From the IMG/VR virus record IMGVR_UViG_3300025133_000032: 64,000 nt of DNA; one strand, 5' to 3'. The stretch comes from a virus. Positions 39,343 through 49,900 of the stretch are shown in pieces. The translations under genes were made by a program, and so were the position numbers. The notes under the pieces are model-generated. The model made no database searches. It was not told where the DNA came from and worked only from the letters and a program-made list of their open reading frames with translations. How positions within the stretch are numbered: the stretch's first letter is position 1; every line of letters starts with the position of its first letter.

Positions 39343-41271
39343 TTAGATAATATTCATATCTCGGACGGTTACTGTACCGTAGAAATCGCTTCTGACCATA
39401 CGCTTACCGTATCTCGTCATCACGCCCTTCCTGGGTGTGAAATCTTCAGGAGCGAATATTGTAGGAGTCACAATCAATGGGACATAAGGTGCGTAAACGT
39501 ACCCAGTTTCAAGATAATTCTTGCCCTTAAACCCTACCAAAACCTTGTTCTGCGGGAAGTAAGGATCCTTATAGACTGTGAATCTATTACTGATTGAACC
39601 TACAGGTTCTGCGCCCATCGTAAATGGATTCGCGACTTGACCCTGTGCATCAAGACTTAGAAGTGGCTTCCAAGCAATCGATGCTTCAAGGATAGTTGCA
39701 ACATCAGGCCCGACAACAATGAAGTTAGCAGAGCCACGAAGCGTCTTACGATGAATAGTATTCGCTACATCAATGATTGTTTCGACAAGAGTCTCGTACC
39801 ATTCACGTACTGTACCAGTAAATGTTGGGCCGGGAGCAAGTGTGCTAGCCAATAATTGTTCAGCACCAGTATTCTTGTTAACAAATCTACCAGGTGCTCT
39901 TGACCAATAAAGGTTAGCACCATTAGCTTCACGAAGAAGGTCAGAAAGAATCTCACGATCAATCTCAAGAGCGATTTGCTCAGAAAGAATCTGAGTAAGC
40001 TCGACTTCTGCGTCCATGCTGTGATAAGCGTTAAGATCCTGAGCAAGCTCTGGAGACCAACGTGCTCTTAACTTACGAGTGACTGCCGTTACAGAGATTG
40101 ACTCAATCTTGATATCAATTTCTGGAATGATAGGTGAAGCATCAGATGTACTGAAGTCCGACTCGAAGGAAGGAATTGTCAACGTTGAACCATCAGAACC
40201 ATCGACATCAAGACTTGCGCCCTGTGCAAATGAAGCAGTAAGTCCAAGTACTGGAGTTGCAGGAGCCAAAGGACCTACAAGTGTACCAGAAACGACTGTT
40301 AACAACGCAGCGTTAGCGTCAGTTCTACCAACCAAAGCGTTTGCAGTAAATACGCCATTAGCATATGTACCTAACTGGTTAGTACGGCGGAGGTTAAGAA
40401 CATTCTGTCCCTGGCCTTGAAGTGCTTGTGGCATTACTGCCAAACCAGTTTGAGCCAACCCTGCTGAGAAGACTGCAAATGATTCAACCTGAGTTAAATC
40501 GATTGTGCTAGGTAGTGCGGAAAGGTCAAAAACCAAGAATGAAAAACGTCCAGTGTTATCAAAAGCACCATTCGCAGAATCTTCTTCGATTCTTTGTCCA
40601 AGCTCAGGATCGAACATCATAAGCTGTCCGTCTGTACCCGTTGCATGAAGGAAAGCACCTGCAGAAAGTGTAGTACCACCCTGATAAGCACCAGAAGCAA
40701 GAAGAACTAGCTCATTGCCTGATGTAGTATCATGGACCTTCGTGTAACTCTGCCCAACAAGGTCGTATTGTCCGCCAGTTGCTAGTGAACCGGAACGAAC
40801 ACCCTTACCAGTAGGGGCATTGTAAATTGATCTTCCTGCTGAATACGTTTGTGCATTCGCGGAACCTGCTGCGCCAGTTGCTCTAGCACTGTCGCCACCT
40901 ACGTTAGTACCGTAAGTATAATCAAGATAGAAAAGCAGGCCAGAAGGAAGGCTCATTGGTTGAATTGAGACAAGCTCATTAGCAATTAAGCCACCAAAAA
41001 CACGACGAACAATTGGGAATGCGATATTGCTAAAGCCCCTAATATCGCCTGATGATGCTAGTGCACCTGCGCCAGTTGAAAGTGAGTTAACCTCACGAAG
41101 GACTTCGGCTGCTTGGTTTTCAAGCATCCGCGCCATATTCTCTTTACCAGCTCCGCCGAGGCCACGAAGAAGACCAGTACGGTTCCACTTCTCACAAAGC
41201 TTGGTTGCTACTGCACCCATATCGCGTTGCTGAATTCCTTCGGTGAGTTGATCTAAACTAAATTTACCCAT
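39343..41271 (-). CDS. Major capsid protein (T4 gp23-like)
   Basis: MARMLENQ, PIVRRVF..LIANELVSIQPMSLPSGLLF, RKLRARWSPELAQDL, YAPYVPL and FTPRKGVMTRYG motifs. Confidence 0.95.
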   Translation of the reverse strand: MGKFSLDQLTEGIQQRDMGAVATKLCEKWNRTGLLRGLGGAGKENMARMLENQAAEVLREVNSLSTGAGALASSGDIRGFSNIAFPIVRRVFGGLIANELVSIQPMSLPSGLLFYLDYTYGTNVGGDSARATGAAGSANAQTYSAGRSIYNAPTGKGVRSGSLATGGQYDLVGQSYTKVHDTTSGNELVLLASGAYQGGTTLSAGAFLHATGTDGQLMMFDPELGQRIEEDSANGAFDNTGRFSFLVFDLSALPSTIDLTQVESFAVFSAGLAQTGLAVMPQALQGQGQNVLNLRRTNQLGTYANGVFTANALVGRTDANAALLTVVSGTLVGPLAPATPVLGLTASFAQGASLDVDGSDGSTLTIPSFESDFSTSDASPIIPEIDIKIESISVTAVTRKLRARWSPELAQDLNAYHSMDAEVELTQILSEQIALEIDREILSDLLREANGANLYWSRAPGRFVNKNTGAEQLLASTLAPGPTFTGTVREWYETLVETIIDVANTIHRKTLRGSANFIVVGPDVATILEASIAWKPLLSLDAQGQVANPFTMGAEPVGSISNRFTVYKDPYFPQNKVLVGFKGKNYLETGYVYAPYVPLIVTPTIFAPEDFTPRKGVMTRYGKRMVRSDFYGTVTVRDMNII

Positions 41272-41299
41272 GTTATATCCTTAACTCTTAAAGTTATTA

Positions 41300-43300
41300 T
41301 TAATCCTGAAGCAAATCTGTTCCTGCAATACGAGACCACTTTTCAAGTAGCTGATCGTTTTTGCGAGTAGCAGTTGCTGATGTCATTACCTTAGATGTTC
41401 CTGAGGCTTTTGACCGTTGTGCTGATTCTTTAAGTGTAGCTGCATTCTTTTTGAGTGCACCAACAATTTTACCATACAGCTTATTTACTTCCGCACCAGT
41501 TCTTCCCTTGTCAAGAGTCTCAACAATCTTCAACTTCTGGGCCTTTTTAAGACCAGGAACTTGTAGAACCTTATTCAACGCGATGAGCTTTGTGTTAAAC
41601 AGATTAGATTCTGCCAACTTTGCTTGGAGCTTTTTATTTTTAGCTTCCAAAAGCCCGTTTTTCTTATTTCGTTGCGCATTTTTTCGCGCTACGTTACGGC
41701 GTCTCGACTCGACAATGTCTTCGTCGTCGCCTTCATCGATTTCGTCCAATTCGTCAAGCTCATCAAGCTCATCGCAATCTTCGGCTTCATTAACGTTTAG
41801 GTCAGATTCACTTGAGTCTTCAAATGATTCTCCTTCAACATCGCCATCCCCAAAATCGCTTAAATCTGATCCTGGGCCGTGGCCGCCGTGTTGTATTGGA
41901 TACTTTTCTTCTCTCAATTTCTTCATTTTCTTTAGTTCTCTTAGAAGTGCGTTTTCGTCAATCTCGACGATATCATCATCATCGTACATTTCCTCAACGG
42001 GCTCTTCCAAATCAACCTCAGCTGGTTCCGCGTCATATTCGCCAGGAACCTCATCGTCCATTACGGAAACGTTAACGTCTTCACCATCAACTTCATCATC
42101 GCCAGGAATATCAAGGTTTAGAAGATAATCACCTTCTTCAACGTCATCATCAGGTCCCATAGCAGGAGCTTCATCATCAGCGACATCTAAATCTAGATCA
42201 TCATCGCCCATGTCATCCATGCCTTCAAGATCATCCATTTCGTCGTCTTCTGCAGGAACAACAGAAACTTGAATAGCATCTGCGTCAATTTCACCAAGTT
42301 CATCTGGTAGGCTGAGGCTAAGTCTAACTTCCGCCTCATTGAGTAGCTTGCCCTTTCTGTTAGCCATTTGTCTTATCTCCGTATAAAGTTTTGAGAGGTT
42401 ACTCTCAGCACATTGAATTTCTGAACTATCAATGCTGTCATCAGTTCCCAGGGTTTCATATAACCCTTGGACCGTTTTGTGTAAATCAGCTGCTTCTTTT
42501 AAAAACTTAAAACATGAAACAACATACTTAGTTACGCTCGATTCATTTAACTGCTGGTTACGAGTGTTTTTACTTAATTTGCCAGCCCTCAAATTCAAGC
42601 TCTTAGTAGCTTCAACAATAGTAGCTAAATGTCCTGCGCCACTGTAACTTTCCATTACAGTACGAAAAACGGCTTCGAGCTTATTTTCAATGAGGTTTAC
42701 CCTACTTTCGTTAGCATGTTCTTTAACTTGCTGCAAGTCAGAAAAAAGGCTTTCGCATTCAACTTTAATTTGTCTAGCAACTTCCTGGTTGCTGACCGTT
42801 GATTCGTTTATAGTCGCTAGTTTCTTAAGGGCTTCGTTTATTTTTAAGGTTCTTAACTCAATATAGTCTAAGCCCTTATTTTTCTTTGTGCTTATCAAAC
42901 TACGCAAAACGTTCGCGGACTCTGTTGATAAGTCATATTGGGTACCTGATGCCAGGTCGTCCATGTCAACAGTAACTTTACCATCTTCATCTGGTAGAGT
43001 TATGCCGGCGGCGTCGGGTGCTAATTGCGTGTTTAAATCGCCGGCCGGTAAATCAATCATTGGATCATCACTAGGTACTACATCAAGTGCCGGGATAGGG
43101 TCACTTTCACCAGGGTCAGTGACAAGGTCTAAAAGAATGTCATCCTCATCAGCCTCAGTCATTTCTCCCAGAAGTGCATGATCCAACATTTCTTTGATAC
43201 GTGGTGTAACCGCTTCGATAATTTTATTCTTTGCATTCGCCTCAGCAATTTCAAGAAGTTTCTCTTTATCTGCTACGGCTTCATTAAAAAGATCAGACAT
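41300..43300 (-). CDS. Prohead core/scaffolding protein
   Basis: Very acidic, immediately upstream of the capsid gene; ANAKNKIIEAVTPRIKEML, ESNLFNTKL and many [IL]xE sites. Confidence 0.75.
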   Translation of the reverse strand: MSDLFNEAVADKEKLLEIAEANAKNKIIEAVTPRIKEMLDHALLGEMTEADEDDILLDLVTDPGESDPIPALDVVPSDDPMIDLPAGDLNTQLAPDAAGITLPDEDGKVTVDMDDLASGTQYDLSTESANVLRSLISTKKNKGLDYIELRTLKINEALKKLATINESTVSNQEVARQIKVECESLFSDLQQVKEHANESRVNLIENKLEAVFRTVMESYSGAGHLATIVEATKSLNLRAGKLSKNTRNQQLNESSVTKYVVSCFKFLKEAADLHKTVQGLYETLGTDDSIDSSEIQCAESNLSKLYTEIRQMANRKGKLLNEAEVRLSLSLPDELGEIDADAIQVSVVPAEDDEMDDLEGMDDMGDDDLDLDVADDEAPAMGPDDDVEEGDYLLNLDIPGDDEVDGEDVNVSVMDDEVPGEYDAEPAEVDLEEPVEEMYDDDDIVEIDENALLRELKKMKKLREEKYPIQHGGHGPGSDLSDFGDGDVEGESFEDSSESDLNVNEAEDCDELDELDELDEIDEGDDEDIVESRRRNVARKNAQRNKKNGLLEAKNKKLQAKLAESNLFNTKLIALNKVLQVPGLKKAQKLKIVETLDKGRTGAEVNKLYGKIVGALKKNAATLKESAQRSKASGTSKVMTSATATRKNDQLLEKWSRIAGTDLLQD

Positions 43301-43378
43301 ATACTTTATCCCTCATGGATGCGTTATTGATAAGTACGCTGTTCATAGCAAAAAACATTATAATTTAACACTTTATAC

Positions 43379-44008
43379 TTAAAAAACTTCATTAAAAATA
43401 ACTTTTATGTACTTGTTAAGAAGAGCATGCCCTTCTTTTACAGTAAAATTTTGTGAATGAATCCTGTTTTTGATGATGTCAGCATGGTCTTCAGCATCAG
43501 ATTCAGTATCTGCGATATCTCTTAAAGTATATGCAGGTGTTTCTGGATCAGATAGCTTTGGGCTCGGAGCCGAAAACCATCCTGCTTTAGAACCTATCCC
43601 TTTCTTAGGCCCAGTTTTAATCACACCAGCGCCATTAGCTATATTACTGGGAGATGCCTTATTTATAGAAGCTCCCAACTCAGTCACAAGATGCTCCAAA
43701 ACATCACTAGCCTCGATAGAAGCCATGATGTTTTGTGAACTAGCAAATGAATTAGGGTGATAAACTTTTTGACCAACATGATCAGCTGGTTGGTAACGCC
43801 CCTTTCCTCTCACTGCTTCTTTTGAGTCTTCATCGTCTAAATTAGATGACTTTGCCTCAATCTCAGTATCAGTTAAAGTGGTGTACGGATAAGAGTCGCT
43901 TGATCCAATGTCACCGCCTGCGCCTCTAGGGCCATGACGGGCTGTTCCATAACCACCTGCTACGTTGGCATCACCGCCAACAAGCGTGTTCGCTCCGCGA
44001 TGAGGCAT
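43379..44008 (-). CDS. Hypothetical head-module protein
   Basis: Gly-rich; co-oriented between protease and scaffold. Confidence 0.6.
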   Translation of the reverse strand: MPHRGANTLVGGDANVAGGYGTARHGPRGAGGDIGSSDSYPYTTLTDTEIEAKSSNLDDEDSKEAVRGKGRYQPADHVGQKVYHPNSFASSQNIMASIEASDVLEHLVTELGASINKASPSNIANGAGVIKTGPKKGIGSKAGWFSAPSPKLSDPETPAYTLRDIADTESDAEDHADIIKNRIHSQNFTVKEGHALLNKYIKVIFNEVF

Positions 44009-44011
44009 TTA

Positions 44012-44479
44012 TTAGCAGGTAGCGCCAGAATCGCCAGGTGATAGATTTCCGGGGGTTACTCCGCCACCTTCATCCTGAGTTGCAATTTGTACAGAGCTCT
44101 CATGAGGTGACTTTGAAGATCCAGCACCAGAAGCTCCACTACGCGGGTGATTAGCAGGGGGAGCAGGTATGTCACTTGGATTCATGCTTCCTGGACCCGG
44201 GCTTCCCGGAGCAGGAGTATGCGCAGATCCAGGTAAACCACCAGCTCCCACATTAACAGACGAAAGATCAGGTGCATCGCCATAGTCAAGATCAACATCT
44301 GGTAGATCAGGGTTACCAGTAGGTGTACCATTAGTGAGTGTTTTCATAATAAAAGCAACTTCATTATTATCATAGCCACTAATAGCTGGTGAAGCAGGAA
44401 ACATCGCTTCTAATGTCGCAACATCAGAGCTACCTTTTTGGCCTACTCTTATTCTTTTTTCGATTTCAATTTTAGCCAT
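44012..44479 (-). CDS. Hypothetical Pro/Gly-rich head-module protein
   Basis: AGGAAG Shine-Dalgarno; PGSPGPG low-complexity region. Confidence 0.6.
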   Translation of the reverse strand: MAKIEIEKRIRVGQKGSSDVATLEAMFPASPAISGYDNNEVAFIMKTLTNGTPTGNPDLPDVDLDYGDAPDLSSVNVGAGGLPGSAHTPAPGSPGPGSMNPSDIPAPPANHPRSGASGAGSSKSPHESSVQIATQDEGGGVTPGNLSPGDSGATC

Positions 44480-44545
44480 TATCTATCTTCCTATCTTTCG
44501 ACTGTCCAATGCCGCCTACTCTATTTACTAGTGATGGTCCATGCT

Positions 44546-44839
44546 CTATTGGCTCTTTTTTAAAGAGCGTGCTTCGTTAATTCTTTTACGGCGAACCTTC
44601 ATTGATTCACGGAGCGTTTTAAGCATGCGAACCAACTTTGCTTCTTTAACCTTTTGTGCCTTCAACTGGTCAAGATCTTTTTCAAGAACCTTCTTAGTTC
44701 CATGCTCATCGGCGTCGACTTCTTTAGTCTTCTTAGCTATCTTTGATACATCTTCGATTGCAGCTTCGCGTAAGCTCTTGCTCTCTTGTTGAATTAGTCT
44801 CTTCAGCACATTTACTGATAATTTATGAACTTTTGGCAT
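44546..44839 (-). CDS. Putative prohead core/internal protein
   Basis: KLSVNVLKRLIQQE leader; ATATTTAT upstream. Confidence 0.6.
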   Translation of the reverse strand: MPKVHKLSVNVLKRLIQQESKSLREAAIEDVSKIAKKTKEVDADEHGTKKVLEKDLDQLKAQKVKEAKLVRMLKTLRESMKVRRKRINEARSLKKSQ

Positions 44840-44892
44840 TTTACTCTCCGTGGTTATGTTATAAATATAACGTTATAAAGATCTTTACTCAA

Positions 44893-45504
44893 TTATTTGA
44901 ATGCTAAGTTTGCCCAGTTACCAGCAGACTGTGGGAAAAGATCACTGGGGGTATGTTTCTCTGCGAATGCAGCAGCAGCATCAGCCGGTGGTGAGTATCC
45001 TTGACCAGGCATCTGTGGACCAGTGCTGGGAACTGATTTTCCATGGCCCTTTGAGTTTTGTTCGGCAAGCGTCGTGGCCGCTGTATGCGCAAAGATATCC
45101 TGCATAACATCAGGTGATATTCCTGCAAGCTCTTGGGGCGCCTGTCGTTGATTACTATGTGATACATCATTGGCAATATTGCCTAATATATTCTGCGTCG
45201 GAGATGGCTTGTCAAGAACGCCATCAAATTCCTGGCGGCGCTCATTTTGTCGTGACATCATAAGACGCTGTGAAGGATTAATATAATCCCTAGATGCTGG
45301 TTCCTCTCCAAGACCAGCTAGTACGGAGAACTTACTAGTGTCAGTAATTGATGCATAAGATTCTGCCCCCTGTATTTGGGCGGGCTTGGGCTTCGAGGTT
45401 GGTGTTAAAGCTTCCAGCATTGAACCGGGATTAACTTGCTCCTTGATTATTTCACGCAAACATTCTTTGACTAACTCTTTCAGCTGGCTTCTTTTTAATC
45501 TCAT
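44893..45504 (-). CDS. Putative prohead core/internal protein
   Basis: MRLKRSQLKELVKECLREIIKE leader; adjacent to the protease. Confidence 0.6.
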   Translation of the reverse strand: MRLKRSQLKELVKECLREIIKEQVNPGSMLEALTPTSKPKPAQIQGAESYASITDTSKFSVLAGLGEEPASRDYINPSQRLMMSRQNERRQEFDGVLDKPSPTQNILGNIANDVSHSNQRQAPQELAGISPDVMQDIFAHTAATTLAEQNSKGHGKSVPSTGPQMPGQGYSPPADAAAAFAEKHTPSDLFPQSAGNWANLAFK

Positions 45505-45507
45505 ATT

Positions 45508-46149
45508 TTACTCGTCGAAGGTTAGGATGCTCTCTGCAGCACTTAAAATTCTGCCACTTTTTTCTGGCGATTCCTGAAGTGGTTTGTTTCCTATTACATT
45601 TCCATGGCGATCATAAATGACCTTACCTTCACTCATCATAAATGCACCAGGTGTCGAAGGTTCTGCAACCATATCCCAACAAATCAACTGGAAATCATCA
45701 TTTACTAATTGGTGGTCTCCCTTATCAGATGTCGAGCCAACGCCTCTTGATGAAATTCCGACCTTGATTCCAGATGTAATTAGTCCTTCAAGAATTTTAC
45801 CCATAGGCGTCGAAGTAAGTACTTCGATTTCACCCATAACGACGTCACCTTCTAGAACAGCGCTAGTAACTACATGTGATACCTTTTGTAGCTCTACTAC
45901 AGATGTCGATGGATGGTCTAATTCACCTAGTGCCCGTCTTTCATTAATAAATTTCTGGTAATTTCGTACTTCACGCTCCAATATAGCATGTGGGTAGATT
46001 CTACCATTCTGGTTTAATGTTTCAGCTTTTTGCAGAACACCTTTCAAAATTATCTTGCCGCCATTTCTATCACGCGATTCACGGATAGAATCTGCAGTAT
46101 ATGAAAATGGAGCCCATTCTTGAAGTAATTTGACTGGCACTTTACTCAC
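45508..46149 (-). CDS. Prohead maturation protease (T4 gp21-like)
   Basis: NQNGRIYP, ALGELDHP, VSH, GISSRGVGS and WDMVAEPSTPGA motifs. Confidence 0.93.
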   Translation of the reverse strand: MSKVPVKLLQEWAPFSYTADSIRESRDRNGGKIILKGVLQKAETLNQNGRIYPHAILEREVRNYQKFINERRALGELDHPSTSVVELQKVSHVVTSAVLEGDVVMGEIEVLTSTPMGKILEGLITSGIKVGISSRGVGSTSDKGDHQLVNDDFQLICWDMVAEPSTPGAFMMSEGKVIYDRHGNVIGNKPLQESPEKSGRILSAAESILTFDE

Positions 46150-46984
46150 CTATAATCTCATATTTAAGCTTTGAAACCCTTAAATATCTAGTTAAAATTT
46201 TGTCGTCGATTACACTCACCGGTGTTTCTATTAACAGTTTGACTTCGTTAAGCTTATTTAAAACATCTGGATTGTTTTGCTCTACTAAACATGACTGGAT
46301 AGCATTAAGAGATGTCATTCTAATTTTTTCTACTTGCTCTTCTACAGTAGCTTTGTCATTCGATTTCTCAGAGTAGACATATGAATTAATTAGTGCGATT
46401 TGCTCATTATTAAGAACATTCTCATACTTCGTTTCAAATTTCCTTAACATCAAACCTACAGTAAATGGATCGGCGTCTTTCGTCTTTTGTTCGGCAAGTA
46501 TATTTTTTTCTTTTGGCTGTAATAAGAAGTCAGTCATACTCGACTCATATATCGCCGTTCTAGCAATATCATATGTCATGTCAGATCTCCAATCGTTGAT
46601 CAAGGTCTGTACCGTCGCATACGTTTTATACTCTTTTATCTGCTTGTTATAAAAGTTAGGACTCTTGAATGTGTGGTTAATACTTCTAATTAACAAAGAC
46701 TTTTCTTTATCAAGAGCTTCCCTATTATAGGATCTAGCAGCATTCTTAGCTTCGGAAATTATCCTACCTGCGATATCTCGATCTTCGACGTATGTATTAA
46801 TTAAAGCATTAAATAATCGAAATTCCCTGTATAGCTCAGTACCTTTCTTGAAATGCTTTTTTATAAGTTTTGTCGTCTTCTTAGCTTGTGCAATATCATT
46901 CTCGACAAGGCACTCAGTAACATGCTTGACTAAAAACTCATACATCAAGCCTGTGTTTCTCTTTTTGTTGTGTGACCTACTCAT
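46142..46984 (-). CDS. Conserved head-module protein between portal and protease
   Basis: HNKKRNTGLMYEFL N-terminus; helical; overlaps the protease start. Confidence 0.65.
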   Translation of the reverse strand: MSRSHNKKRNTGLMYEFLVKHVTECLVENDIAQAKKTTKLIKKHFKKGTELYREFRLFNALINTYVEDRDIAGRIISEAKNAARSYNREALDKEKSLLIRSINHTFKSPNFYNKQIKEYKTYATVQTLINDWRSDMTYDIARTAIYESSMTDFLLQPKEKNILAEQKTKDADPFTVGLMLRKFETKYENVLNNEQIALINSYVYSEKSNDKATVEEQVEKIRMTSLNAIQSCLVEQNNPDVLNKLNEVKLLIETPVSVIDDKILTRYLRVSKLKYEIIGE

Positions 46985-46996
46985 TTTGTCCTCATA

Positions 46997-49900
46997 TTAT
47001 GAATCAGACTCGTTTTCGAAATCACTTAAGTCAATTTCGAAAATCGGATCGTTAATTACAATGTCATCTACATTAAGATACTCTGTTAACATTTCCCGTG
47101 GCATTTTCATTTCTTTCTTAATACTATCTATATGCTTGCCAAGTGAAGTTAAAATAACTCTCATTTCATATGACATATTTGATGTCTTATTTTCTGCAAG
47201 AAGCAAAGAGTCATCGTTTAAAATTGCATCAGAGAGTGAACCACTAAATGGACTACCACGAAAAAACTTTAAATCGTTAGGATCACCATCAGGCTTTACT
47301 ATAGAACTAAAATCTGGCATGTGCGTTTTTGTGGGACCGTGTGTTCTGCGACGCTTCCTATTATAACCATATCTCGATAGTTGATCAGATTGCTTCACAG
47401 ACTTTTTGCGCTTCCTAGGTTTATCATCATCTTCACTTCCATCATCCATTAGCGCTTGGTGAAGTGAGATATCCTCATCGTCGTTTGGATCATCATCAGA
47501 AACGATTAATCTCTTTCCGTGATCTTCGCCTGCGAATAAGTCTTCTTCTCCAGCGCCAGAATCTCCGCTATCGTCGTCAATGTCAAGGTCTTCGCCACCG
47601 CCCCCGTCATCACCCGCTAGACCATCTGGAAGATCGCCGTCGCCGTCTTCACCTTCATATCCGCCACCGAGCCCGCCGCCGCCAAGAGCGCCGCCACCCC
47701 CTCCGCCCATGGGTGAATTATCCTCAAGTTCTTCTGACTCAAGTTTTAAGTCAAGCACTCTATCTTTGAATCTGCCCTTCTCAATCAGCTCAATCTCGTC
47801 ATCTGATAAGCTTAATACTTCTTTTTGGATATATGATCTGTCAAGAAGGCCTTCTGGAATTGAACCTGCAATTTCGAATTTAGTTCTAAATAACTCTAAT
47901 TTTTGTTGCTGGGCGACCGTAGAGGGGTTCGATAGCATTAGCGAAAAATCTGATAGATCTTCGCCCTCATATCCATGTGTATATAGATGGATTTGAGCTA
48001 TCTTCTCCAATTCTGAAATTAGGACGCGTTGAATCTTACTAATTGTTCTACTAAACCTGATGTCTTCCTGTGCAAGTGTTGCCTTACTGGATAAACTCTC
48101 GTCATACCCCAAATATGCTTTGGGAACTTTTAGAGCAGAAAACAGCTTTCTTTGAATGTACTCTACATCAGCGATGTCAGATACGTGTTGTCCACCAGCC
48201 AAAGTATCAATCTTCGTTCCAGTTTCGCCACCACGAACAGGGATGAAGTAATCTTCGTCCACAGACAATGGGTTATACCTAAGATCAACCCTACCCGATG
48301 ATTTATCGACGACTTGAGACCTTTTTAGCTTAGTTTGGGCGGCTTCCATGTAGTTAGGAATATCCTCAGTAGGTACCGTTCCGACATCAATGTAAAAAAC
48401 ACGCCTTTCTGGTGATCTGACAACCCTATAAACAAGCATTGCATCTTCAATAAGGATTAATTGCCGCCAAATCCTTCTTGCACTTTCTAAGACGGACGAC
48501 CCATATGGCAAGAAGGCATCATTACCGACCATTCTGAAATGTGATACCTGCCAGGCGTCAAGTATTTGGTTACCTTGTGTAACCCACCTAAATCTTACAG
48601 CAAGGGGCTCTTCTGGATCATACCCTTCCTCACGCTCGACTTCATTTACAGGCATGGGAAACACATTGACTACACCAAGCTCAGGGTGTACATCATTGAA
48701 TAAGAACATATCACCATATTTGCAAAGATTTCTAGTCCAGGCTGTCAGGTTATGGTCAACATTAATAATATCAAGAAATAACTCATCAAGAAGCTGCTTT
48801 ATTTTAGGGTTCTCAGAAAAAATGTGGAGTGATGAATCCTTCTCATTTACGGCAGTCGTTTCCTCAGAAAAGATGTCAAGTGCACTACAAATCTCAGGTG
48901 TATTATGCGAAATGACCGTATCAGTGGCGAAATTCTTATACCCGTCAACAGTCAAGTCATACAGGGGAATTTCTCCATAATACTCTACAGAAACAACTTT
49001 ATGATTTGCGTAATTTTCTCTAAAATCAGTAAAGTTTTTGTAACCGTTGTTTTTTAGCCTGTTTTTAACTTTAGCAGCCGTTGTATCTAGTTTTTCACAA
49101 AGAAGTGACAACTGCATGCCATCTTCGTATGTGTCACAAACAGACTGGAATGTTAACGATGAATCGTAGCGTGGGTTTTTACTTCCCTTATTATCCCATG
49201 AGTTATTTTTCCACCCAGGTGAGTAGGCTGCAGCAAACGTTTCGAAATTCTTAAAACCATTTTTTCGCAATCTTCGCTTGATTACGTTCGGGTCAGTATC
49301 AAGCTTGCTGCATAAAGAATAAAGATTAAACTCAGAATTTTCGCATATTTCTAAAATTTTTCCGAAAGTGATGTCTCGTCTTTCAGCAGGATTATTCTCC
49401 TTCATAAATTTAGAATGATTAGCTTTAAATTTGTTTATCCACTCTTGATTATCAGGTGACCACTTGTGCCCATTTAAAATCTTACGATGGTAGCGATTAT
49501 GTTCGTCTGCCGTCATTATCTGTAGATTTTCTGGGTTATTATCAAATTTCGTGAAATTCTTATGATGAACAACTTCGCCCTCTTTAAGTTGTCTGTTTGA
49601 TGCCCACTCTGCTACTACTTTATGTTCACGCTGCCAACCATTCGCGATAGTATATATAAATCTATAATCGGTACCAGAATCTGTGCCTTTCCCTTCGCCA
49701 TACCATGATTTACGATAAAATGGCATCATCGAATCGCCGGCACTTAAACCGTCAATTCTACAAAACGTACCGTCACGTTTCATTAATCTATGATTTGCTG
49801 TCCCTATTATTTCCTTGCCACTATTAAATGTAACTTTCCAAGCATGATCAAATCTTGTCTGTCTAGCATGTTTTCCGAGAGCCGGTACGATACTTTTTTT

